A stretch of 64,000 bases of DNA, from assembly GCA_021324635.1 (NCBI GenBank), contig JAJPIS010000070.1, positions 7,061-71,060 of the forward strand. The letters run 5' to 3'. Below the pieces are notes generated by a model. The model was given only the letters and a program-made list of their open reading frames with translations, did no database searches and was not told where the DNA came from. Source of the stretch: Gemmatimonadota bacterium. GTDB lineage: Bacteria; Gemmatimonadota; Gemmatimonadetes; Gemmatimonadales; Gemmatimonadaceae. Below are positions 8,952 to 17,655 of the stretch, in pieces; within the stretch, counting starts at the first letter, position 1; every line of letters begins with the position of its first letter. A program made the translations under genes and the position numbers.

Positions 8952-9764
8952 TCAGCTCTCCGGTGAGGGGACCCTCAGGGTCCTGTCCGACACGCCGCCC
9001 GGGCGACCGAGCCCGGCACGCGGTTCCCCCGGCGGTGCCGCCGCTCGCTCGACCGGCGATCCCCCAGCGCCGGCCCGCGTGCCGAAGAGTTCTTCCACGA
9101 GTTGGACGATGGCTCTCGCCGCCTTGGAGCGCCTGGCGTACATGGTGACCGGCTGCCCGGCCATCACGCACTCGGCGGCCTTCCCGTCGAGCGGGATGAC
9201 GACATCGCTGAAGTGCCCTTCGTGCTGCTTCTGCATGGCGAGAAGGGTCGTGTTGTTGAGGAGCACGCTCCGATGGATCGCCGGAACCAGCACGTAGGGG
9301 ATGTGCCGTCGCGACACATACGCGACCAGCTCGTTCAAGCTCTGGAACGACCCCGGCTCGGTCTTGATGGCGCCGATGAGCATCACGTCGGTCCGCGCGA
9401 AGACGACCCGGTGCGCGGCGTCCGTCAGCGCCGGCGCCATGTCGACGACGAGGACGCGCTCCTCACCGCCGGCCAGGGCCCGCTCGAGATGGTCTCCGAT
9501 CTCACCCTCCGACGCATGGGCGAGCGCTCTGCCTCCGCGGTACAGGGCCAACCCATGGACAGCCACCGGGGGATCGCGCACAGGATCCTCGGTCGGGATC
9601 CGCTTGGCGTACCCGGTGAGCCCCGCCTGCGGATCGAGGTCGACGAGCGCGACGTCAGTTGCCGTGCCCGATCGTCGGAGTGCGTCGGCAATTGCGAAGG
9701 CGAGCGTTGATTTCCCGGTACCGCCCCGACCCGCGGCGACGGCTAGTACTCTCAGTGGTGTCAT
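8952..9764 (-). CDS. parA: ParA/Soj-family partition ATPase
   Basis: MTPLRVLAVAAGRGGTGKSTLAFAIADAL (deviant Walker A with Arg where the signature Lys is usual), VALVDLDPQ, VLVVDMAP (Walker B-like). Track ORF trimmed to the ATG at 9764. Confidence 0.85.
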   Translation of the reverse strand: MTPLRVLAVAAGRGGTGKSTLAFAIADALRRSGTATDVALVDLDPQAGLTGYAKRIPTEDPVRDPPVAVHGLALYRGGRALAHASEGEIGDHLERALAGGEERVLVVDMAPALTDAAHRVVFARTDVMLIGAIKTEPGSFQSLNELVAYVSRRHIPYVLVPAIHRSVLLNNTTLLAMQKQHEGHFSDVVIPLDGKAAECVMAGQPVTMYARRSKAARAIVQLVEELFGTRAGAGGSPVERAAAPPGEPRAGLGRPGGVSDRTLRVPSPES

Positions 9765-9885
9765 GCGGTGTGGGGGGCAGCGGCGACGAGTATGCGACTG
9801 AGCGACCGAAGGTACAGGCCACGGTCGTCGATGGCCAGTCACGTCGGCGTACCGGGGCGACGCGCAACGGCGCACCGCTCTGCGG

Positions 9886-9903
9886 CTGTCCAACGTTGGA
9901 CAG
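9886..9903. promoter_or_regulatory. parS-like perfect 18-bp palindrome CTGTCCAACGTTGGACAG
   Basis: Read directly; lies 122 bp upstream of the parA start. The 16-bp core TGTCCAACGTTGGACA shares 10 of 16 positions with the canonical parS TGTTTCACGTGAAACA. Confidence 0.6.
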
Positions 9904-10019
9904 CGGTCACGCCGGAGCGGTGCTCGGCGCTAACGGCCGGGTGCCGGTCGTAGGCGCGAGCGGATCCACCCCGCGCGCAGGCGGAACGCCGCCAGGGCGA
10001 TCACCGAGCGCTCGAGAGC

Positions 10020-10035
10020 TGTCCAACGTTGGACA
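10020..10035. promoter_or_regulatory. second copy of the parS-like 16-bp palindrome TGTCCAACGTTGGACA
   Basis: Read directly. Centre-to-centre distance to the first copy is 133 bp. I saw no further full copy in the window. Confidence 0.6.
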
Positions 10036-10046
10036 ACCCCCTGGCT

Positions 10047-10799
10047 TCAGTGCTCGGATCCTGGGGCACCCGCGGGCGCAGCGGGACGCTCCCCGCGCAC
10101 CGTGCTCAGCGCGCGCGCGATCCCGTGTTGGAGTTCTGCCAACGCGGCGACGGCGCGGCTCTCCGCCGGCGAGAGTCCGGCAGACGCCCTGCCCAGCTCG
10201 CCGCCGGCGGGATCGGGTCGCTGGCTTCGGACGGTCGCCACGATCCGACCGAGCGATTGGCTCGCGAGCATCCCGGGGCCGTGGCGGCGCTCGATTGCGA
10301 TCGCAAGGCTCTGTTGAGCGCCGGCATGCAAGCTGGAAAGTTGGCCGAGAAATTCCTCGACCGCTGCCGCCGGGTTCGCGAGGGCGCGGGGCGTGTCCCA
10401 CGGGGCGGCTCTCGTGTTCGCGGCGGGCGGCTCGGAGGCCGGTCGCCGGCGGGTGCGTCGTGGCGTGCGGGGAGCCGAAGGTGCCGGGGTGAGGCTCGCC
10501 CGCAGGGCCGACCGGATCTCGGCGCTGCTGCGGCTTCGCCGCACCGCTGCCGCGACCATGCGGTACGTGAGGCGCGGGGTCCGGAAGAACGCCAGCTCGG
10601 CGGGGGGCAGGCCACGGAGCGCCTCACCGAGTCGGACCACGTGTGAGACATAACAACTGCTTCGGCGTTCGCTGCGGGGCAGAGACCGGCGCAGGTCAGC
10701 CTGCGTGAACCCGCCGGGCATGCGGACGCGGTCCGCCCACGCCGTTGCCCGATCGACCAGGAGCCCCGGTCGCATCTGCGCGCGTCGCATTTGTCGCAC
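10047..10799 (-). CDS. hypothetical protein, possibly DNA-binding
   Basis: Ordinary composition compared with the overlapping + strand ORFs. The segment SSCYVSHVVRLGEALRGLPPAELAFF weakly resembles a ParB-type HTH. No confident family call. Confidence 0.4.
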   Translation of the reverse strand: MRQMRRAQMRPGLLVDRATAWADRVRMPGGFTQADLRRSLPRSERRSSCYVSHVVRLGEALRGLPPAELAFFRTPRLTYRMVAAAVRRSRSSAEIRSALRASLTPAPSAPRTPRRTRRRPASEPPAANTRAAPWDTPRALANPAAAVEEFLGQLSSLHAGAQQSLAIAIERRHGPGMLASQSLGRIVATVRSQRPDPAGGELGRASAGLSPAESRAVAALAELQHGIARALSTVRGERPAAPAGAPGSEH

Positions 10800-10869
10800 C
10801 CTGTGGTCCGGAGGAAAAGCGCAATCGGCAGTGCAGCTTACGGTGTCGTGCGCCGCTCACGAATACGTT

Positions 10870-11240
10870 AAGCTGCTTAACCTCGATCTGGAAGTACGGG
10901 TCGTTGGACGGGTGGGGGGTAGAGGGGCACCGAAGCCGAGCTGCGATACCGCCTGGCGCTCCTGCCCCCGGCCGGGCGGCAGGAGCGGCTTCTCATGCAG
11001 ATCGAGGTCATGCTGGCCGAGGATTTTGCCGGCCGCATCGTTCCCTTCGACAGCGCGGCGGCCGTCGAGTTTGCCCGCATCGCGGCCGCGCGCCACCGTG
11101 CCGGCCGGCCGATCGCCCAGGGAGGCGCACAGATCGCGGCCATTGCCGCCGCCCGCGGCGCATCCCGCGCGACGCGCAACGTTGCCGACTTCGTCGACTG
11201 TGGAGTCGGCGTCGTGGATCCATGGCGCGTGCCCGCGTGA
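10870..11240 (+). pseudogene. truncated VapC/FitB-like PIN-domain toxin
   Basis: From 10923 one frame reads RGTEAELRYRLALLPPAGRQERLLMQIEVMLAEDFAGRIVPFDSAAAVEFARIAAARHRAGRPIAQGGAQIAAIAAARGASRATRNVADFVDCGVGVVDPW, which matches the C-terminal two thirds of FitB-type VapC. An in-frame TAG at 10920 and a frame change cut off the N-terminal LLDTNV acidic motif; at best a weak KLLNLDLEV remains in another frame. No antitoxin lies upstream. Confidence 0.55.
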
Positions 11241-11405
11241 TGCCACCCTGACCGGGGCGGGTCGTACCCCCGGGCCGGCGCTTGCGACCCTCCGGCACCG
11301 CCTCTACATCTCTCGCCCCGAACACCGCCTCCGCGCCCGCGCGAGCGGACGCGATCGAGGCTCGGCGGCGCACGCCTGGTGCGCGCATCCCGAGAGGAGC
11401 CTGTC

Positions 11406-13529
11406 ATGTTCGCGAGCTGTCGTCAGGTCGCTCACGTCGTCGCTACCACGCTCGCCGTCGCGGGAGGAGTGACCGCCGGACTCGCCGCCGGAGCCGGTTG
11501 GACGCCGCCCCTCGCGGCGCAAGGACTCCAGAGCGGCGACCTGTCGCGCTTCCGGAATGTCGGACAGGTCGCCCTCTCTCCGGATGGTCGAACGGTGGCG
11601 TACACCGTCGTGATGCGGGACGAGCCGGGACGACCGTACGCGCAGCTCTGGGTCATGGATCTCGCGACGCAGAAGGCGACGCGGCTCGGCGGCGACAAGT
11701 CGCGCGCGTCGCAACTGCACTGGTCGCCCGACGGGAAGTGGATCGCGTACGAGGGCGGCGACGGGAGCCAGTCGGGGCTCTGGGTCGTGCACCCCGACGG
11801 GTCGGACGCGACGCACGTGGCCGACGTCTCCGGATCGAACTCACCGCTGCCGGGGCAGGGGCAGTCGGTCACCTGGTCCCCCGATAGCCGGCAGATCGCG
11901 TACGTGTCGGCGACCCCCGGCCCGGAGACGGCCGACGCCACCGGCGACCCGATGGTCATCACGCGCTACCTCTACCGGCCCACCGCGGGAGAGGGGTTCA
12001 CGCACTACAACGACAATCGGCGACTCCACATCTTCGTCGTCGACGTCGCCTCGAAGCAGGTCCGCCAACTGACCAGCGGCGTGCGCGACGACCATTCGAT
12101 CGACTGGTCGCCGGATGGGAAGGCGATCCTCTTCGTCTCGAACTACGAACCCAACTCGGACGAGTTCTTCAACTACGACGTGTTCACGGTCAGCCCGACG
12201 GACGGTCAGATCCGCCGACTGACGGCCACCGAGAACACCGAGTACGCGCCGCTCTGGTCGCCCGACGGCAAGCACATCGTCTACTCGGGAACCAAGCGCG
12301 GGCTCACCGACCGCGAGACGACGATGGAGGACACCCACGTCTGGATCATGGATCCGGACGGGAGCCACCGACGCGAGGTCGGAGCCGTGATCGACGGACG
12401 GCAGGGGCACCCGGAATGGTCGGCCGATGGCGGCGCCGTGTACTTCACGGTGCAGGAGCGCGGGCAGACGCACCTCGTCCGGCTCCCGGTGGCCCCCACC
12501 GGCACGGCCGGACAGCCGCAGACGGTCGTCGCCGACGTGGGCGTGGCCGGCGCGTTCGCGGCAGGGCGGGGTGGGCAGCTCGTGTACAGCCTCTCGACGC
12601 CGGGCGACATGGCCGAGCTCTACGTGCGGACCGGGAGCAGCGCGCGCCGGCTGACTGACCTCAACGCCGACGTGTTGACGGGGAAGCCGGTCGCGCCGGT
12701 CGACTCCTTCACCTTCATCAGCAATGACAACCGCTGGGAGGTCGAGGCGTTTCTGGTCACGCCGGTCGGGCTGCACGAGAATCCGCAGGACACCTCGCCC
12801 GCGCAGAAGTACCCGATGATCGTCGAGCTTCACGGCGGACCGCACGGACAGAACGGACCGGCCTTCAACTTCCAGGATCAGGTCTACGCCGCCCACGGCT
12901 GGGCGACCCTGCACGTCAACTACCGTGGCTCGACGGGCTACGGCCAGAAATTCGCCGACGCGGTCTTCCGCGATCAGGATGGGGATGAGGGGCAGGATGT
13001 GCTGTACGCCGTGAACGCCGCCGTGCGCCGCAACCCCTGGATCGATCGCGAGCGGATGGGGATCGAGGGCGTGAGCTACGGCGGGCAGCTCAGCGACTGG
13101 CTGATCACCCAGACCAACGAGTTCAAGGCGGCCGTCCCGATCGCCGGGATCAGCAACTTGATCAGCTACAACTACATCACGTACTACAACCAGTACGAGG
13201 AGATGGAGTTCGGCGAGTTCTTCCACCAGGGCACGACGATGGACGAGGCGTGGAAGCGCTCCGCGATCCGCTACGTCGCCCAGGTTCACACGCCGACAAT
13301 GCTCGTGCACGGGGACAACGATCCGGACGTGCCGACGGAGGAGGCGGAGCAGTACTACATCGCGCTCAAGGATGTCGGCGTCGAGACGGTGCTGGTGCGC
13401 TACCCGCGCGAGGGCCATGGGCTGGCCGAGACGAAGCATGTCATCGACGACATCAACCGGAAGATCGCCTGGTACGAGAAGCACTTCCCACCCACCGGGT
13501 CGACGGTCGTCACCAACGTGCAGCCGTAG
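11406..13529 (+). CDS. S9-family serine peptidase (prolyl oligopeptidase / acylaminoacyl-peptidase type) with TolB-like beta-propeller
   Basis: Propeller repeats (WSPDGKWIAY, WSPDSRQIAY, WSPDGKAILF, WSPDGKHIVY). Catalytic motifs GVSYGGQLS (GxSxGG), HGDNDPDVP and EGHGL. GAGAGGAG RBS precedes the ATG at 11406. Confidence 0.85.
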   Translation: MFASCRQVAHVVATTLAVAGGVTAGLAAGAGWTPPLAAQGLQSGDLSRFRNVGQVALSPDGRTVAYTVVMRDEPGRPYAQLWVMDLATQKATRLGGDKSRASQLHWSPDGKWIAYEGGDGSQSGLWVVHPDGSDATHVADVSGSNSPLPGQGQSVTWSPDSRQIAYVSATPGPETADATGDPMVITRYLYRPTAGEGFTHYNDNRRLHIFVVDVASKQVRQLTSGVRDDHSIDWSPDGKAILFVSNYEPNSDEFFNYDVFTVSPTDGQIRRLTATENTEYAPLWSPDGKHIVYSGTKRGLTDRETTMEDTHVWIMDPDGSHRREVGAVIDGRQGHPEWSADGGAVYFTVQERGQTHLVRLPVAPTGTAGQPQTVVADVGVAGAFAAGRGGQLVYSLSTPGDMAELYVRTGSSARRLTDLNADVLTGKPVAPVDSFTFISNDNRWEVEAFLVTPVGLHENPQDTSPAQKYPMIVELHGGPHGQNGPAFNFQDQVYAAHGWATLHVNYRGSTGYGQKFADAVFRDQDGDEGQDVLYAVNAAVRRNPWIDRERMGIEGVSYGGQLSDWLITQTNEFKAAVPIAGISNLISYNYITYYNQYEEMEFGEFFHQGTTMDEAWKRSAIRYVAQVHTPTMLVHGDNDPDVPTEEAEQYYIALKDVGVETVLVRYPREGHGLAETKHVIDDINRKIAWYEKHFPPTGSTVVTNVQP

Positions 13530-13835
13530 ACGGGCGCCGGCGATGCCGAGGGCGCCGGCCACCCGCGAGGTGTAGCGAGCTGGCAACACATAGTGAGGGC
13601 CGGACGCGGCGCATCGCGGACCGGCCCTCGTGCATCACGACCGCGGCCTGTGTCCAACCGATCTCCGGTTAGCGCGTTGTGGCGGTGGATCAGGACCGTA
13701 CTCGACCGGCGGCGGCGAAGTCGCCGCGGCGCGAGACGCCGCCGGCGACGTCATCCGTTTGGGCGTGAGACCTGCACCCGAGCTCGGCAGGCGCGGGCCA
13801 GTCCGGCTCGCACCCCGATCTCCTCTTCTACGCTC

Positions 13836-15299
13836 ATGTATCGCCGCCCATTCATGCCAGCAGGTGCCGCCGCCCTCGTCGCCGCGGGGCTGCTCGCGGC
13901 CGGATGTAGTAGCTCACCCCGAAACGCGATCACGGGGCCGGGGTCCGGCACCCCGGGACCGGGACCGGGGAAGCCCGCCGACACCACGGGCTTCCTGAGT
14001 GTGACAGTCACACTCGGTCCTCAGGCGTCGGGCAAGGTCACGGTCACCGGACCCGGCAACTTCCAGCAGGTCCTCACCGCGTCGACCGTTCTCACGAAGC
14101 TCGCGCCGGGATCGTACACGCTCGCCACCGACTCGGCCACCGTCGCCGATTCGATCGTCGGCTCGATCGTCGTGCGGGGCTCGGTCAGCGCCAGCGCGGT
14201 CACGGTAGCCGCCAAGGACACGGCCAAGGTGAGCGCCACGTTCACGAGCCAACGCTTCGGTGGTCTCGTGATCGACGGCTTCGACAGCAGCGAGGTCCTC
14301 GAGGTGCTTCCGAGCCAGCTCGGCGCCACCGCCACCGTCACGCCCGGCGCCGACATCGGGGCCACGGTGGGCCAGCCCTCGGCGTCGACGCTCGACGCGA
14401 GCGGCAACCTCTGGGTCGCATCGTTCCAGAACAACAGCCTCTCGATGTTCACGCCGGCGCAGCGCGCGGCCGCCAACGGCGCGGTGACGCCGACGGTCGT
14501 GATCACCGGCCCGGCGCTCGCGCGGCCGTTCGGGATCGCGGTCGATAGCCACGGCACCGTCTGGGTCACGAACGTGGGCAATAGCACCCTCGTCGGCTAC
14601 ACCGCGGGCCAGGTCGCGGCGAGCGGCAGTCCGACGCCGGCCGTCACGCTGTCCGACACGACGGCCGCGCACAGGGTGTTCAACAGCCCCGCCGGGATCG
14701 CCTTCGACCACTCTGGCAACCTCTGGGTGAGCAACAACGGCGGCGTCATCGACGAGTTCACGCCGGCCGAGCTGGCGGCGAGTGGTGTCGCCGCTCCGAC
14801 GGACACGATCACGAACGGCACCATCGAGCCCGATGCGGTTGCCTTCGACGGGGCCGGGAACCTCTGGGTGAGCGGCTATAATGGCGCGATCGCCGAGTAC
14901 GCGCCCGGTCAGCTCACGGCGAGCGGATCGCCCACGCCGGCGGTCCTGCTGTCCATGTCGGCGTCGGGCGCGCCGCCGCACCCGTGGGGCGTGGCGTTCG
15001 ACCGCCGCGGATACCTGTGGACCGTGTCGGCGGACACGGCGGGTGCGACTGCGCCCGCGGCGGCGTACGGCTTCGCGCCGTCCCAGCTCGCGGCGAGTGG
15101 CGCGCCGACGCCCACCACCGTGGTCACGATCAACTCGACCCATCACGCCACCGGATCGCTCGGACTGCTGTTCGACCCGTACGTTCTCATGCCGGGCGAC
15201 AACCCGTCGATGAACCGGGCCGGGCCTCCGTATCACGGCCCCGCCTACGTCCCGCGGAGCGTGACCGCGTCTCGCGGCCCACACCACGGCGCGCGCTGA
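13836..15299 (+). CDS. NHL-repeat lipoprotein
   Basis: MYRRPFMPAGAAALVAAGLLAAGCSS (lipobox), then repeated GIAVDSHGTVWVTN, GIAFDHSGNLWVSN, AVAFDGAGNLWVSG and GVAFDRRGYLWTVS. Confidence 0.7.
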   Translation: MYRRPFMPAGAAALVAAGLLAAGCSSSPRNAITGPGSGTPGPGPGKPADTTGFLSVTVTLGPQASGKVTVTGPGNFQQVLTASTVLTKLAPGSYTLATDSATVADSIVGSIVVRGSVSASAVTVAAKDTAKVSATFTSQRFGGLVIDGFDSSEVLEVLPSQLGATATVTPGADIGATVGQPSASTLDASGNLWVASFQNNSLSMFTPAQRAAANGAVTPTVVITGPALARPFGIAVDSHGTVWVTNVGNSTLVGYTAGQVAASGSPTPAVTLSDTTAAHRVFNSPAGIAFDHSGNLWVSNNGGVIDEFTPAELAASGVAAPTDTITNGTIEPDAVAFDGAGNLWVSGYNGAIAEYAPGQLTASGSPTPAVLLSMSASGAPPHPWGVAFDRRGYLWTVSADTAGATAPAAAYGFAPSQLAASGAPTPTTVVTINSTHHATGSLGLLFDPYVLMPGDNPSMNRAGPPYHGPAYVPRSVTASRGPHHGAR

Positions 15300-15327
15300 C
15301 GGCCGCTGATCGAGCGCGCCACAACCG

Positions 15328-15365
15328 ACGACGGCCCCGGTGGGTACACCCACCGGGGCCGTCGT
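15328..15365. terminator. bidirectional hairpin between convergent genes
   Basis: ACGACGGCCCCGGTGGGT-ac-ACCCACCGGGGCCGTCGT, a perfect 18-bp stem, located between the NHL gene (+) and the gene at 15410..15919 (-). The T-tract is weak. Confidence 0.55.
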
Positions 15366-15409
15366 TCATCTCCCATCGGGGGCGCTCACATCGGTCGCGT
15401 CCGACGCCG

Positions 15410-15919
15410 CTACGGACTACTCGACTTGGACGCCTGCTGAAGCTTCTCGATCTCCGCGCGGTGTGCGGCGTAGAACTGGATGTTGTCGGAATTGGTGGGG
15501 AAGCCCGCGGCGATCTGGGCTGCCTGCGCGTTGCCATGCTGCTGGGCCATGTAGCCGACCGCGGCGTACATCGATGAGAGGACCGTGAGCATGTAGTCGC
15601 GGGCCGTCAGGTTGTGCTTCGCGAGCACGGCTTGCACGCCCGGGAAGGAGTTCAGCCGGTCGGTCAGCTCACTCAGCGTCTTGACATTGCCGTTGGACTT
15701 GGCCGCGGCGGCGAGCTCCGGGTTGCGCTTGCCCAGCTCCTCCAGGTCGCGGGTCGCCGCCGCCGCATCGCTGACCTTCGCCATCGTCAGGTGGTAGTTG
15801 CGCAGCGCCGCCTGTTCGGCCGGCGGCAGGTCGGGCCCGAATCGCTGTGCCCGCGCCGAGGGGGCCGCGAGCATCGTCGCGGCGACCAACAGTGACAGTC
15901 CACGAGTGGCGTGACGCAT
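15410..15919 (-). CDS. hypothetical secreted protein
   Basis: MRHATRGLSLLVAATMLAAPSARAQ signal peptide, then a helical, ordinary-composition body. No family recognised. Confidence 0.55.
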   Translation of the reverse strand: MRHATRGLSLLVAATMLAAPSARAQRFGPDLPPAEQAALRNYHLTMAKVSDAAAATRDLEELGKRNPELAAAAKSNGNVKTLSELTDRLNSFPGVQAVLAKHNLTARDYMLTVLSSMYAAVGYMAQQHGNAQAAQIAAGFPTNSDNIQFYAAHRAEIEKLQQASKSSSP

Positions 15920-16106
15920 GAGAAGGTCCCTCCTGGGCAACGGGGAATGTGGGGCCCCAATCTAGCAGCGTTTTGGTCGGCGCACGCGTAGACCCACGGC
16001 CCTCGGGGGGGGGCACAGGTGACGCGACGCACCTGGCACGCTCGGAGCCAGGCGGACTGGACCGGACGCGCGCAGGACCCGCCCGGCATCACGACCCTGC
16101 ACACTC

Positions 16107-16826
16107 ATGAAGACGGAAACACTCGAATACTCGGACGGGCCGACGATCCTCCGTGGGTTCCTCGCCCTCGACGGGCGCGCCGCGGGCACCCGCCCGGGAA
16201 TCCTCATCATGCCGCAGGTGTGGGGGCTCACGGACCATGAGCGCGAGCGCGCCCGGCGCCTTGCGACACTCGGCTACGTCGCGCTCGCGGCCGACCCATA
16301 CGGCAATCGGGAGCCGATCACCAGCTTCGAGGAGGGACGGAAACTCGCGGGCCCGCTGCGGGAGGATCCGTCGGCCCTTCGGCGACGCGCGCGCGTCGGT
16401 CTCGATGCGCTCGCCGCCCAGCCGGGGGTCGATCCGGACCGGCTCGCGGCGATCGGCTTCTGCGTGGGCGGGATGTTCGCTCTCGAGCTCGCCCGGAGCG
16501 GCGCCCCCGTCCGGGGCGCGGTCTCGTTCCACGGCACGCTCTCGACCAAGCAGCCGGCGGCGCGCGGGACGGTGATGGCCAGCCTGCTCGTCTGCACCGG
16601 GGCCGACGACCCGCTCGTCACCTGGGACCAGGTCAAAGGCTTCGCCGACGAGATGCGGAGCGCCGGCGTCGACTACGAGATCGACCTCTATGCCGGGGCG
16701 AAGCACGGCTTCACCGACCGGCAGGCCGACCACCGCGGTGTCTCCGGGCTCGCATACAATGCACGGGCCGACGCGCGCTCGTGGACGGCGATGCACGGCT
16801 TCTTCGCCGAGGTTCTGGGGCGCTAG
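16107..16826 (+). CDS. dienelactone hydrolase family protein
   Basis: GILIMPQVWGLTDHERERARRLATLGYVALAADPYG, IGFCVGGMFALELA (nucleophile elbow with Cys), GAKHGF. Confidence 0.85.
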   Translation: MKTETLEYSDGPTILRGFLALDGRAAGTRPGILIMPQVWGLTDHERERARRLATLGYVALAADPYGNREPITSFEEGRKLAGPLREDPSALRRRARVGLDALAAQPGVDPDRLAAIGFCVGGMFALELARSGAPVRGAVSFHGTLSTKQPAARGTVMASLLVCTGADDPLVTWDQVKGFADEMRSAGVDYEIDLYAGAKHGFTDRQADHRGVSGLAYNARADARSWTAMHGFFAEVLGR

Positions 16827-16923
16827 GGCAGGGTCCGCGTCCCCTGCGTCTTCGTCGATCAGCTACCTCTTCCGGATGTGGTGGACCCGCCCGGCGCACG
16901 TCGTGCAATGCGACGGGTCCTCG

Positions 16924-17637
16924 ATGGCTCACCGCACGCGTGCGACCCAGACCGCACTCACGACGCTCGCCGCCACGACCCTGGCCGCCCTCGCCACGGC
17001 CGGGTGCAGTGGGAGTAGCGCCAGCGCGCCGAGCCCGCACACGCAGCTCCGCGTGGTCAACGCCGCGCCAGACGCGCCGCCGCTCGATGTCACGGTTTAC
17101 GGGTCGCGCATCGTCACCGGGCTCCCGTATGACACGCCCACGTCCTACATCCCGATCGGCTCGGGCGCGGCCACGATCACCGTGAACGTGACCGGCGATT
17201 CGAGCGGTGGCTTCACATCCAAGGGGGCGTTCGTGGCCGGACGGTCGTATTCACTGCTGGCGATCGGCCGGCTGGCGTCGCTCACGACGCTCGTCACGGC
17301 CGACTCCACCACGCCGGCGCCGACCGACAGCGCGCGGATCCGTGTCATCGATGTCTCGCCAAGTGCCCCGACGCTCGACGTCTATGTCATGCCGGTGGGC
17401 GGCATCCGGCCGGCCACTCCGACGTTCACCGGCGTCGGGTTCGGGCAGGTCTCGTCGTACACGGTCGTGGCCGCCGCGCCGGTCGAGGTCGTGATGACGG
17501 TGGCAGGGTCGACTACGGTGGCGGCCGACGACACGCTGAGTGCGCTGCCCGGAGGGGCCGTGCGTACGGTGCTCGCGCTCGACCACGCCGGCGGCGGCAC
17601 CCCGATCCTGACCAAGAACCTGGCGGACCACGGATAG
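16924..17637 (+). CDS. DUF4397-like lipoprotein
   Basis: MAHRTRATQTALTTLAATTLAALATAGCSG lipobox. Repeated LRVVNAAPDAPPLDVTVYG and IRVIDVSPSAPTLDVYV motifs typical of DUF4397. Confidence 0.65.
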   Translation: MAHRTRATQTALTTLAATTLAALATAGCSGSSASAPSPHTQLRVVNAAPDAPPLDVTVYGSRIVTGLPYDTPTSYIPIGSGAATITVNVTGDSSGGFTSKGAFVAGRSYSLLAIGRLASLTTLVTADSTTPAPTDSARIRVIDVSPSAPTLDVYVMPVGGIRPATPTFTGVGFGQVSSYTVVAAAPVEVVMTVAGSTTVAADDTLSALPGGAVRTVLALDHAGGGTPILTKNLADHG

Positions 17638-17655
17638 CGGCGCTACTTACGAGGG

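Noticed and set aside
11406-13529. First S9 peptidase as a second lasso isopeptidase
   Set aside because: No AsnB-like, precursor, FecIR or receptor genes are nearby. It looks like a generic TolB-propeller acylaminoacyl or dipeptidyl peptidase.
16005-16013. G9 homopolymer as a phase-variation switch
   Set aside because: It is intergenic, between a divergent gene pair, with no evidence that it lies within a promoter spacer or a coding region. It could equally be a sequencing-prone homopolymer.
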